The notes under the pieces were generated by a model. It did no database searches. It saw only the letters and a list, made by a program, of their open reading frames with translations, and had not been told where the DNA came from. Shown piece after piece: positions 9,397-18,001 of a stretch of DNA of 32,000 nucleotides. Every line of letters starts with the position of its first letter. The stretch's first letter is position 1. A program made the position numbers and the translations under genes. Location: NCBI RefSeq assembly GCF_000010625.1, contig NC_010296.1, forward strand, positions 3,420,001 to 3,452,000, given 5' to 3'. The DNA is from Microcystis aeruginosa NIES-843 (GTDB lineage: Bacteria; Cyanobacteriota; Cyanobacteriia; Cyanobacteriales; Microcystaceae).

Positions 9397-10661
9397 AGCT
9401 TGTTTCCAAGCCACTAAAAGCCTATCTCTCTTCAAATTGTCTGAGAGTACATCCTGTTAATTTAGCTAATTTTTCTGCTTCTTACGTCGATAAAACTATC
9501 AGTTTTTCCCAACGTTCAGCTAACCACCTCTGTCCCTCTGTTATTGAGAGAAAACCCAAACCTCTGAAAAGATTCAATCCTATAGTTGTGAGAATTGACC
9601 AATTGCTGGCCGCTTGAAAATCACTTATCTCGCTTTTATCTTCCTCAAAAATTACATCTTTTACCCAATGTAACTGATTTTCTATTTTCCAATGTCCTCG
9701 AATAATTTTAGCAAATACTTGGGCGGATTCGGTTAGGCTACTGATATAGTAAGCTGTTTCTTCATAAGTTTTATCCCCGCGACTACCCCTTCTTTCTACT
9801 TTAATAATTCGGCGCAGATTTTCAAACCCTTGTCTTTCATTTTTCCTCACTTTAAAAACTTCTATTTTTCTGGATATTTTTCGTCCATGACTATTGTCTT
9901 GTTCAAGAAAACAACTTTCTGGCTTTGAGGAATTACTCAGGTTTTGTATTCGCTTATAAAGATTTTTCTGATTTCCTTTAACGGTGATAACATAGTCATT
10001 TTTACTCTTGGCTATTAAGCTGATTGTTTTTTTCTGACAGTGTAAAGCATCCCCAGTAAAAACTTTATTTTGGAGAGAGCAATCCTCAATTATAGCTTGA
10101 CCTTCGTCGATTTCAGACCCTTTTTTGTTTTCGATTCTTTTTAAGTGTAATACTAAGCCACTTTCTTGACTAAACAATGAAACAAACATAATAAAATTTT
10201 GTTGTTCATCATTAGGATTCTTTAGGGTGTTTTTGAGACTTTTTCCATCCATCCCTAGCCAATTTATATCACTTCTTTGTCCATATTCTTGTAATGCCCA
10301 TTCATTAAACACTTTTAACAAAATCTGCCATTACGTTCCTATCATTACCCTTCTAATTGTTGATTAGGATGGGACTCTTTCTGGAATTATGTTAAATTCT
10401 TGACTGAGCCTGTGCCGATTATTTTTAGCAAACTCTCCTAGCTCTCTATAACCTGAGTATCCTAGCATTGTTCCCAGTATTATTACTACTAATACTATCC
10501 ATAAAGGGTGTCTTTTTCCTTTATCTTTCCGAAAGTCCTTGACTTGTTTCAGTTTTTCTATTAAGCTCAACATATATTTGAAAAGTTGGCGGTCACTTAT
10601 CATTTTACCTGACAGTGATCGCTTTTACTTTTGATATTCTGATGGGAGAATGAAACAGCCC
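9397..10661 (-). mobile_element. ISAs1-family insertion sequence (ends approximate)
   Basis: Contains the ISAs1-type transposase. The imperfect terminal match GCTTGTTTC (9397-) versus GAAACAGC (-10659) is the only end evidence. Confidence 0.45.
9482..10603 (-). pseudogene. ISAs1-family (H-repeat-associated) transposase with two in-frame TAA codons
   Basis: ORFs 10364..10603 and 9482..10321 share one frame. TAA codons at 10366-10364 and 10333-10331 interrupt ...ERVPS*STIRRVMIGT*WQILLKVFNEW.... The C-terminal motif HWKIENQLHWVKDVIFEED is diagnostic of ISAs1 DDE transposases. Confidence 0.8.
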
Positions 10662-10690
10662 TACCCACTTCCCCACTTCCCCAACCCCAA

Positions 10691-11686
10691 TCAACGCTGT
10701 TCTAACCTACGACTGGCTAGGGACATAGAATAACAGAAAATCCAGTAAATAAACGCCAAAAATAGATAAACTTCTGGATAATCGCCGATAAATTTCGGAT
10801 TAGCCAAAACCGATCCTGCCATACCCAAGAGGTCCACCAGTCCCACGATCGCCAGTAGGGAAGTATCCTTAAATAAACTGATAAATTGACCAACAATAGC
10901 AGGAATGACCGCTTTTAAAGCTTGGGGTAGAACGATCAATAATAAAACGAAAATCGGTTTTAAACCCAAAGCTTTGGCCGCTTCAATTTGACCTTTGGGA
11001 ATCGCTTGTAAACCACCGCGGACATTTTCGGCCAGATAGGCTGCTGCAAAAAGGGTAAATCCGGCGATCGCTCTGATTACCCGTTCCGGTCTGGTCCCGG
11101 CGGGTAAAATTAAAGGTAACATCACCTGAGCCATGAATAAAATTCCCAACAAAGGTAAACCGCGCAATAATTCGATATAACCAATAGATAGCCAACGAAT
11201 TGCCGGTAATTCACTCTGTCTCCCCAGGGCTAATAATACCCCCAAGGGGAAAGATAAAATCATACTGGCGATCGCTACTAATAAAGTTAAGATTAAACCA
11301 CTGAGATCATCGAGGGGAATTGCCTTTAAAAATAATCCCCCCAATAGCAACCAAGCGATTAAAGGTAAAGTCAATAACCAGAGCAATCCCCACCAGCGTT
11401 GGAGAAAAGCGGGGCAATTGGGGAAGCGACCCCGGTTTAATTGCCAAGAAAACAGTGATAAAGCCGCAAGTATCGTTAAAATCAGCCAAATTCTCCATAT
11501 TGACTGTTCTGGATAACGACCGACCACAAATAAACCGATATTTTCCGTCACTACAGCCCATTTTGCCTGATTTATCGCCCAATCGAGAAAACTTAAACCA
11601 CCCCAGAGGCTGAGAAATAGACCCGCAAGGGTTAAGATGACGTTGTACCAAGTGTTAAAGAGATTTTTTCTTAACCAGAGTCCCAT
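10691..11686 (-). CDS. amino-acid ABC transporter permease (AapM/NatH-like, HisM/Q family)
   Basis: 331 aa and polytopic. EAA-loop-type motif IPKGQIEAAKALGL plus YIELLRGLPLL, typical of polar amino-acid permeases. Confidence 0.8.
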   Translation of the reverse strand: MGLWLRKNLFNTWYNVILTLAGLFLSLWGGLSFLDWAINQAKWAVVTENIGLFVVGRYPEQSIWRIWLILTILAALSLFSWQLNRGRFPNCPAFLQRWWGLLWLLTLPLIAWLLLGGLFLKAIPLDDLSGLILTLLVAIASMILSFPLGVLLALGRQSELPAIRWLSIGYIELLRGLPLLGILFMAQVMLPLILPAGTRPERVIRAIAGFTLFAAAYLAENVRGGLQAIPKGQIEAAKALGLKPIFVLLLIVLPQALKAVIPAIVGQFISLFKDTSLLAIVGLVDLLGMAGSVLANPKFIGDYPEVYLFLAFIYWIFCYSMSLASRRLEQR

Positions 11687-11771
11687 AAAATTCCCTAACC
11701 TCTACAGTGGTGATCCTTGTACTTTTTCAGTACAATGGTGCTATTAGAAAAATTCAGACTAATTTTCGACC

Positions 11772-12287
11772 ATGAACAGTTGCATTTTAATGGCTAAAAT
11801 TGTCCGTCGTCCCGAATTACGTTATACCCAAGATAATCAAACTCCCTACGCTCAAATGTTAGTCGAGTTTTCTGCCAATCGTGCCGAGGCAACCCCGACT
11901 AATTTAAGGGCCGTAGCTTGGGGAAATTTGGCCTCAGAAGTCGCTCAGAACTATAATGAAGGCGATCAAGTAATTTTGGAAGGTCGTCTCTCGATGCAGA
12001 CGATCGATCGTCCCGAAGGTTTTAAGGAAAAACGGGCCGAATTAGTCATTAGTCATCTCTATCATCTTGACGGCAGCGTGAGTAGCGGTGAAATGGCAGC
12101 CCCGACTCCAGAAAAAGTCGTGCCAATCAATACCCACAAATCGAATAAAACCCCGGTGGAAAAACCCGTCGCACCTGTCTCCACCGGGGATTTTGAATAT
12201 GACGCATCCTATGAACTTTCTAATCCTTCCGCTTGGCAACCTAGCGACACACCAGTGGAGGAAAATTTAGACGATATTCCTTTCTAA
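11772..12287 (+). CDS. ssb: single-stranded DNA-binding protein
   Basis: OB-fold N-terminus (MNSCILMAKIVRRPELRYTQDNQTPYA...), a Pro-rich linker, and the acidic tip LDDIPF. Confidence 0.85.
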   Translation: MNSCILMAKIVRRPELRYTQDNQTPYAQMLVEFSANRAEATPTNLRAVAWGNLASEVAQNYNEGDQVILEGRLSMQTIDRPEGFKEKRAELVISHLYHLDGSVSSGEMAAPTPEKVVPINTHKSNKTPVEKPVAPVSTGDFEYDASYELSNPSAWQPSDTPVEENLDDIPF

Positions 12288-12306
12288 TCACCCCGACAGA
12301 ATTAAT

Positions 12307-12439
12307 GGCTCTTCTCGATTTTGTCTGATAGTTTTTGCTTATGGAATCGTGGAATGCTTATCCGGCAAGACTTTAAGCACTATTTTGACGGATATTCTAT
12401 CAGTATAGACCTCGTTTCCACACAGAAACCAGAAGAGCC
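12307..12439. mobile_element. possible 133-bp MITE (TIR GGCTCTTCT / AGAAGAGCC)
   Basis: 9-bp perfect terminal inverted repeat that shares GGCTCTTC with the 187-bp MITE family. There is no second copy in the window to confirm it. Confidence 0.35.
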
Positions 12440-12451
12440 AGTTCTTGCCTT

Positions 12452-12670
12452 CTAACCCCCTAACTCCCCACCATTGATACTTTTCTTTTGTTGAACGTAG
12501 CTCTGAAAATCGGCGAGGGTCAGTTCATCTAACCACTGGTGTCGCTCGGCGGTGTAATCGCCATGGCCGACTTCCAATTGTTGCAGGAAGCGGAGCATTC
12601 CCACCACCCCTAAAGAGTCAACTAAAGCTTGATATCCTTGTTTTCTCAGTTCAGCTAATTTCATTGCCAT
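12452..12670 (-). CDS. small helical protein, possible TA-module partner of the adjacent PIN remnant
   Basis: 72-aa ORF whose start overlaps the PIN fragment's 3' end by 20 nt. No family could be assigned from sequence alone. Confidence 0.35.
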   Translation of the reverse strand: MAMKLAELRKQGYQALVDSLGVVGMLRFLQQLEVGHGDYTAERHQWLDELTLADFQSYVQQKKSINGGELGG

Positions 12671-12866
12671 CCTCCTGTAAAGTCGCGATCAACCAAATCA
12701 CGGGATTCTCTACCGTTACGTTAATTGAATCTCTATATTGTTGAGCTTTTCGCAGCAGTCTGTCATCGGTGGTCAGGAAAATATCAGCGCCCCCCGCTTC
12801 CGCAAAAGCCAGATGTAAGGCATCATAAAACTTAAAACCCAGTTGGGAGGTACGGAGTAGGGGCAA
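12651..12866 (-). pseudogene. PIN-domain (VapC-like) toxin, C-terminal half only
   Basis: YDALHLAFAEAGGADIFLTTDDRLLRKA matches the distal PIN acidic motif. The N-terminal ~60 residues with the first catalytic Asp are missing. The upstream boundary is a 28-bp palindrome. Confidence 0.55.
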
Positions 12867-12867
12867 T

Positions 12868-13041
12868 TCATGAATTGCCCCTACTGGCGATGGGCGTTTC
12901 CCTCGATACCATCCAACGGGCAGCTTCTACAGTAGCTTCTTGCCAAAATTCGGCATCAGTAGCAGCTATATCTGAATAATCTATATCAGAATCTTTCATC
13001 TGATCAAGGAGCTTTAATTGTTCCTCTCTCGACATAGTCAT
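12868..13041 (-). CDS. 57-aa ORF, possible truncated BrnA-like antitoxin
   Basis: Below the ORF-track size cutoff. MTMSREEQLKLLDQMKDSDIDYSDIAATDAEFWQEA resembles the N-termini of BrnA-type antitoxins. It ends inside the palindrome at 12857-12884. Confidence 0.3.
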   Translation of the reverse strand: MTMSREEQLKLLDQMKDSDIDYSDIAATDAEFWQEATVEAARWMVSRETPIASRGNS

Positions 13042-13473
13042 AATAAATAATCACCTAAGTAGGTAGGCGTTAAAAATCATCAGATCCCCCCGCCTATCGG
13101 CACCCCCCTTATCAAGGGGGGCAGGGGGGATCGAACCTAAAATCCATTTTTAATTTAATTATAACCAGCTACTTAACAATGTTAGCGAAATTTTGAACCC
13201 TATGACGGAATCTGACACACCGCGCCACAATCCCTCACGGAAGGCGATCGGTCGCCTGAGAAGCAGTAACACAGGGGAAAATACCTGAAACTCTTTCCCC
13301 TGTGAATCCCTAAGCTAGGGAGAAGAATATAAAGATTTATTAAATTGTAACTTTTGATACAGTTGTGGGGGGGGAGTGTGTATCGTTTTGTTGTCCGCCT
13401 TTGGGGTTGGGTTGGAGTGTTGCTTGACCTAGCTGCGAGGAGGGCAATCGCACTGTAGGGGGTTTTAAAAATT

Positions 13474-14142
13474 ATGAGTTCAAATGTAAATGTACTGAAG
13501 AAGGTCTCATTGGCAGCCGTTGGAATGATCGCAATTGATTTAACAGGAGCAACTCATGCGTTCGCCGTGTCAATAGGCTTCGAGGGGTTGCCCGACGGAA
13601 CCGTCGTAACGAATCAATTCTCTGACGTAGTATTCTCCGCGAATGCGGGGTTCGTAAACAAAGTAACCACTCAGCCTGGCATCGGTTTCGGAGATAACTT
13701 CATTTGTACTGCACCTACGGCAGGGGGAATCAACTGTACTCAAGAGACGATCCTTACCTTTAGCAGCGGAGTTAATAATCTATCTTTCTACCAGGTAGGA
13801 GACAATGCTAGTGGTGTAGTCGCCTTGGTTGATGTGTTTCAAAACGGCTTATTTTCTGTAACCGTTAATATTTTGGGATTCAATGACTCTTCTGTACCAA
13901 ATCTCGTTGACCTAACTGGCTTTAGTAATGTCTCGTCTATACGAATATATAACATTACTGATCCTGCCGGACTCGGATGGGATAACTTTCAGTTCGACGT
14001 AGCTACTAAACCTGTCTCCACCCCCGAACCCACCTCAACCATAAGTCTCCTCGCACTCGGCACACTAGGCGCAGCCTCAACCCTCAAGCGCAAACTAAAA
14101 CCCTCCCAATCCACTGAAAAAGAAACTACAAAAGTCTCCTAA
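13474..14142 (+). CDS. PEP-CTERM sorting-domain secreted protein
   Basis: Signal peptide (AVGMIAIDLTGATHAFA) and a C-terminal PEP motif, TM and basic cluster (TPEPTSTISLLALGTLGAASTLKRKLK). Confidence 0.8.
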   Translation: MSSNVNVLKKVSLAAVGMIAIDLTGATHAFAVSIGFEGLPDGTVVTNQFSDVVFSANAGFVNKVTTQPGIGFGDNFICTAPTAGGINCTQETILTFSSGVNNLSFYQVGDNASGVVALVDVFQNGLFSVTVNILGFNDSSVPNLVDLTGFSNVSSIRIYNITDPAGLGWDNFQFDVATKPVSTPEPTSTISLLALGTLGAASTLKRKLKPSQSTEKETTKVS

Positions 14143-14160
14143 AATCCCCCATAAAACCCC

Positions 14161-14196
14161 ACAAAAACCCCTGCAATTAATGAAAGGGGTTTTTGT
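14161..14196. terminator. bidirectional intrinsic terminator between convergent genes
   Basis: Perfect 12-bp stem ACAAAAACCCCT / AGGGGTTTTTGT with a 12-nt loop. T-runs occur on both strands. Confidence 0.7.
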
Positions 14197-14259
14197 CATA
14201 AAACCCAGTCGTTGGTCGTTAGGAGAATTAAGATTGAGTGTATGTACCCCAAAATAGTC

Positions 14260-15831
14260 CTACTGTTCACTAATTTTACTTTCAGCGAGAATTTCTTGGA
14301 GGACGGGGGATAAATTGCTAGTTAAACGGCCGGATCGAATAAATTCAGCGTAGGTATCAGCTTCGATATCTAGGAGGGTTTCCCGAAGTTGTTCCATTGT
14401 CAATAGCTGTAATTGGGGATAACTATCGTTGAGAGATTGTATTTCCGCTTCTACAGTCTTTAACTTTTCTTTGACGAGATGCTGCTCATAACTAAAGAAT
14501 TCGGGGGCAACATCGGGAGATTTATCTAACTTAGAAAGATAGTCTAAAACTCTTTTTAAAGCTACCCGTCGGGCTAAAAGTTCCGCATAGTTTTCTCGAA
14601 TTGGTTGATCACCGATCAAGTCTAATCTCGATAGGAAAGTTTGAATAGTTAATCCCTGAACCAAAAGGGTAAAGAGAACAACTCCGAAGACGATATCGAT
14701 GATATCCTGACGATTGGGAAAAATAACCGGCACACTTAAAGCTAGGGCAATAGAAACGGAACCGCGCAAACCTCCCCACCATAAAACCGTTTTTTCCCGC
14801 CAATTAATTTTAGTTTCCATCAAGGCATTACTAACAGTTGCCAAAGCAAAGGTAGCCAGAAAACGGGCCGCTACCACGGCAGCGATCGTGATAAAAATTA
14901 AATTGAGATTATCGGCTAAACTGGAGAGACGGATCTGATCGCCGATGAGGAGAAAAACGATCGAATTGACAAAAAAAGCGAGAAACTCCCAGAATTGCGT
15001 GACTAATAGGCGGGTACGGGGACTCATACTAATTCTAGAGCCAAAATTACCTAAAATAATCCCCGTAGTCACCACTCCGATTACCCCCGAACCCCCGAAC
15101 TCCTCGGTTAATAAATAAGCACCGTAGGCGGACACAAGAGTTAAAGACTGTTCCACTAGGGGTAAATCGAGACGTTGAGTCAGATAGGAAATACCAAAAC
15201 CCACTAAACAACCCACTGCCACCCCGATACCGATAAAAGCCGCAATCCGGCTAATGGTTGTCTCTAAGGATAGACCACTAGCACCGAGGGGAATTTCCAC
15301 CAAAAGAGCGAAAGCGACGACAGCGACCCCATCATTAAATAAGCTTTCCCCTTCCAAAAGCACGGTGAGGTTTTTACTGGCCCCCAATTCGCGAAAAAGA
15401 GCGACAACAGCGACGGGATCCGTAGAAGAAAGGCTCGCACCCACTAATAAGGCCGTAAATAGGGGTAAATTGGTCAATTCATCTAGGGTAAAACCAACCC
15501 CGAAAATCGAGATAATTACGCCGACAATAGCGAAAAGACTGACGGGAATCCAATTATCCTTCAGATCTCGCCAGCGCGTATTCCAAGCGGCTTCAAATAG
15601 CAAAGGGGGCAGAAAAATTTCTAGAATCAGTTCGGGGGATAGGTTCACCAGACGGATATCGATGAAGGCTAAACCTAAACCGACTATCACTAACAATAGG
15701 GTGTAAGGAATTTGGCGAAACCAGCTAAAAATCCTCGAAACCGTAGCCACACTCAGGGAAACGGACAAAACAATTAGAAATTGTTCTAAATTTTGCTTAA
15801 TGACTTCATCGGTAGCGGATTCTAAACTCAT
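14260..15831 (-). CDS. Na+/H+ antiporter, CPA1 (NhaP/NhaS1-type) with C-terminal cytoplasmic domain
   Basis: Polytopic; motifs LGASLSSTDPVAV and LLEGESLFNDG are CPA1 signatures. The ATG at 15831 (MSLESATDE) is preferred over the track's TTG at 15864. Confidence 0.85.
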   Translation of the reverse strand: MSLESATDEVIKQNLEQFLIVLSVSLSVATVSRIFSWFRQIPYTLLLVIVGLGLAFIDIRLVNLSPELILEIFLPPLLFEAAWNTRWRDLKDNWIPVSLFAIVGVIISIFGVGFTLDELTNLPLFTALLVGASLSSTDPVAVVALFRELGASKNLTVLLEGESLFNDGVAVVAFALLVEIPLGASGLSLETTISRIAAFIGIGVAVGCLVGFGISYLTQRLDLPLVEQSLTLVSAYGAYLLTEEFGGSGVIGVVTTGIILGNFGSRISMSPRTRLLVTQFWEFLAFFVNSIVFLLIGDQIRLSSLADNLNLIFITIAAVVAARFLATFALATVSNALMETKINWREKTVLWWGGLRGSVSIALALSVPVIFPNRQDIIDIVFGVVLFTLLVQGLTIQTFLSRLDLIGDQPIRENYAELLARRVALKRVLDYLSKLDKSPDVAPEFFSYEQHLVKEKLKTVEAEIQSLNDSYPQLQLLTMEQLRETLLDIEADTYAEFIRSGRLTSNLSPVLQEILAESKISEQ

Positions 15832-15884
15832 TGGGTGGGAGGCAATCGGTGAGCGGACGTGCAAGAAAAGAACAATCTAAATTA

Positions 15885-16110
15885 TTTGACATCCTCGCCG
15901 CCGTAAAACGGACGGCGATTCCCAAACCTCACGATTTAGGTTTCTGCTTCTTTCCCGAAGGATTTTTCGCACCTGCCTTCACAGATTTACTCTGTTCTGG
16001 TCTTATGGTCGCTCCACAGACTGACACCGCAAGCCCTGCGGCCAAAATATTTTTACTGGCGTTAATGTCTCGGTCATGGTGAGTCCCACAGTTCGGACAG
16101 TCCCACTCTC
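15885..16110 (-). ncRNA. predicted omega (right-end) RNA of the intact IS copy (5' limit approximate)
   Basis: In characterised TnpB systems the guide RNA scaffold overlaps the tnpB 3' end and the RE. The RE hairpin here shows a compensatory A:T to G:C change between copies 1 and 2. Confidence 0.4.
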
Positions 16111-17116
16111 GAACATTTAACGGCAGCTTTTTCACAATATACCCACAATTACTGCACCGTTTAGAACTGGGAAAACATCTATCTATTTCGATGTAATTTT
16201 TCCCGTACCAACGGCATTTATAGGCTAATTGTCGGGTGATTTCTCCCCAGCTTACATCAGATATTGCCTGAGATAATTTCGGGTTTTTGACCATATTCTT
16301 AACGGCTAAATTCTCAACCACAATCGTTTGGTTTTCACGAACTAATTGAGTGGTTAGCTTGTGTAAATGGTCTTTCCTGCTATCGGTGATTTGAGCGTGA
16401 ATCTTGGCTACTTTGATTCTTGCTTTTTCCCGATTCTTTGAGTCTTTCTGTTTTCTAGAAAGATTTTTTTGTGCTTTTCGCAACCTCTGATAATGTTTCT
16501 TAAAATGCTTAGGATTAGATACTTTATCGCCATCGCTGGTACTCACGAGGCTACTAATTCCTAAGTCAATTCCAATGGCTTTATCTGTTACTGGTAAAGG
16601 CTTAATCGTTGGGTCATCAAATCTTATTGAGATATGCCAACGTCCAGAAGGATGTAATCTGACCGTTACTGTACTTGGTTCACATCCGTCTGGTATTTGT
16701 CTTGACCATCGAATAGGTAAAGGTTCTGTGCATTTAGCTAAATAGATTTGTTTGTCTTTAAATTTAAAAGCAGATTTGGTAAATTCGGCACTTCCTCCTT
16801 GATGTTTTTTCTTAAAGTTAGGATACTTAGTACGACCAGCAAAGAAGTTAGTAAAAGCTGTTTGTAGGTGTCTTAAACCTTGTTGTAAAGGAACACAGCT
16901 AACCCCATTCAAAAACTCTAATTCTTCTTGTTTTTTCCACTCAGTCAACATCGAAGAAGTTTCAGTATATCCTACTCTTTCTTGTCTTTCGTACCATGCT
17001 TGTGTTCTGAGATGGAGAGCTTTATTGTAAACTAATCTTACACAGCCCAAGGTGCGCCGCAATAGCGACTCTTGTTCTGCTGTGGGGTAAAATCGAAACG
17101 AATAGGCTTTCTCCAT
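15929..17116 (-). CDS. tnpB: TnpB RNA-guided endonuclease (395 aa, apparently intact)
   Basis: RuvC-I IGIDLG, RuvC-II TIVVENL, zinc finger CSNCGY...CPNCG, and Ruv[16 protein letters not shown] are all in one frame. Confidence 0.9.
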   Translation of the reverse strand: MEKAYSFRFYPTAEQESLLRRTLGCVRLVYNKALHLRTQAWYERQERVGYTETSSMLTEWKKQEELEFLNGVSCVPLQQGLRHLQTAFTNFFAGRTKYPNFKKKHQGGSAEFTKSAFKFKDKQIYLAKCTEPLPIRWSRQIPDGCEPSTVTVRLHPSGRWHISIRFDDPTIKPLPVTDKAIGIDLGISSLVSTSDGDKVSNPKHFKKHYQRLRKAQKNLSRKQKDSKNREKARIKVAKIHAQITDSRKDHLHKLTTQLVRENQTIVVENLAVKNMVKNPKLSQAISDVSWGEITRQLAYKCRWYGKNYIEIDRCFPSSKRCSNCGYIVKKLPLNVREWDCPNCGTHHDRDINASKNILAAGLAVSVCGATIRPEQSKSVKAGAKNPSGKKQKPKS

Positions 17117-17276
17117 ATCTCACATTCTAGCATATATCGTGTAAATGCGCTACTATTTCATAGTAAAGCCGTCCTTTGAGAACGGGGTTTCAGAGCCAAA
17201 ATTGGCGATGACACTTGAGAACCAGTGATTTTTTCTCCTAAACCCAAGTTTTTCTGCTGGCAATTCCTTATTATCT

Positions 17277-17828
17277 ATGTCCTTGACTATGCCTCAGTCT
17301 GCCGAGTCCTCCACGGGTGAGGATTTACCCCTAGCTATCTCACCCAGTAACGAGCAGTTAGAGAATATTAATAGCTATTTAAACCTGATTTTGGCAGCTT
17401 TAGTCTCTCTAGCTAATTTAGACTCCGAGTCTATCACCCAAGCAGCCCAAGAATTAGCCTTAGATCTGGATACAAGCGATCGCCTAGTTGCCCACTACTG
17501 GCAACCCCAGTCAAACCTCTCCCTAGCGGACATCCGTTCTCTAGTTCTCCTCCTCTGTCATCTAGCCCAAAAAAAGCAAGAGTTAATCCGTCGCGCCGTA
17601 ATTCTCTTGGAACAAGTGGGAACTCAAGGACAAGAACCGGTCAAAACCACGCTTTTGGGCAATTATATCGATAATTTTCGCTTAAAATACCCAGAAATAT
17701 CGGAAAATAATCTCAGCAATTCTAGCCTGATTTCCCTAGCCTGGAAATTATTAATCGATTTATTGTTCTACAGCAGCCCCCGCAGTCATCTCCTTCTCTG
17801 GCACACCCTTTTGGCAAGTAAAAAGTAA
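17277..17828 (+). CDS. DUF3038-family protein (cyanobacteria-specific)
   Basis: 183-aa helical protein placed immediately upstream of a DUF4335-type gene, which I recall as a conserved pair. Assigned from memory. Confidence 0.5.
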   Translation: MSLTMPQSAESSTGEDLPLAISPSNEQLENINSYLNLILAALVSLANLDSESITQAAQELALDLDTSDRLVAHYWQPQSNLSLADIRSLVLLLCHLAQKKQELIRRAVILLEQVGTQGQEPVKTTLLGNYIDNFRLKYPEISENNLSNSSLISLAWKLLIDLLFYSSPRSHLLLWHTLLASKK

Positions 17829-17834
17829 AAAGGC

Positions 17835-17890
17835 TATCAGTTATCAGTTATCAGTTATCAGTTATCAGTTATCAGTTATCAGTTATCAGA
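17835..17890. repeat. tandem heptamer (TATCAGT)x8
   Basis: Direct reading of the sequence. Confidence 0.95.
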
Positions 17891-17950
17891 TGTAAGTTTT
17901 CAGTTCACCGATTACTGTTTACTGATCACTGAAAAAAAGCTTCCCAGTTC

Positions 17951-17992
17951 ATAATTCATAATTCATAATTCATAATTTATAATTCCCACCGA
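17951..17992. repeat. tandem heptamer (ATAATTC)x6
   Basis: Direct reading; one unit reads ATAATTT. Confidence 0.95.
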
Positions 17993-18001
17993 TAACTAAA
18001 A

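Larger units (their letters stand above)
15885..17208 (-). mobile_element. IS200/IS605-family tnpB-only (IS1341-type) element, copy 2 (intact)
   Basis: Same LE/RE architecture as copy 1. RE hairpin CGCCGTCCGTTTTACGGCGGCG; LE hairpin CCGTTCTCAAAGGACGG. It is inserted in the 121-bp divergent nhaP/DUF3038 intergenic region. Confidence 0.85.

Noticed and set aside
9375-9617. 80-aa plus-strand ORF at the ISAs1 3' end
   Set aside because: It overlaps the transposase C-terminus in antisense and has no family resemblance.
13271-13305. 11-bp perfect hairpin CACAGGGGAAA...TTTCCCCTGTG upstream of the PEP-CTERM gene, considered as a terminator or riboswitch element
   Set aside because: No U-tract follows on either strand and no recognisable riboswitch core surrounds it. 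It cannot be assigned a function from sequence alone.
15254-15706. 150-aa ORF antisense to the antiporter gene (similar cases: 5465..5830, 6509..6808, 6992..7243, 11307..11651, 14714..14938)
   Set aside because: These are Lys/Arg/Ser/Thr-rich, low-complexity translations lying entirely inside well-supported genes on the opposite strand.
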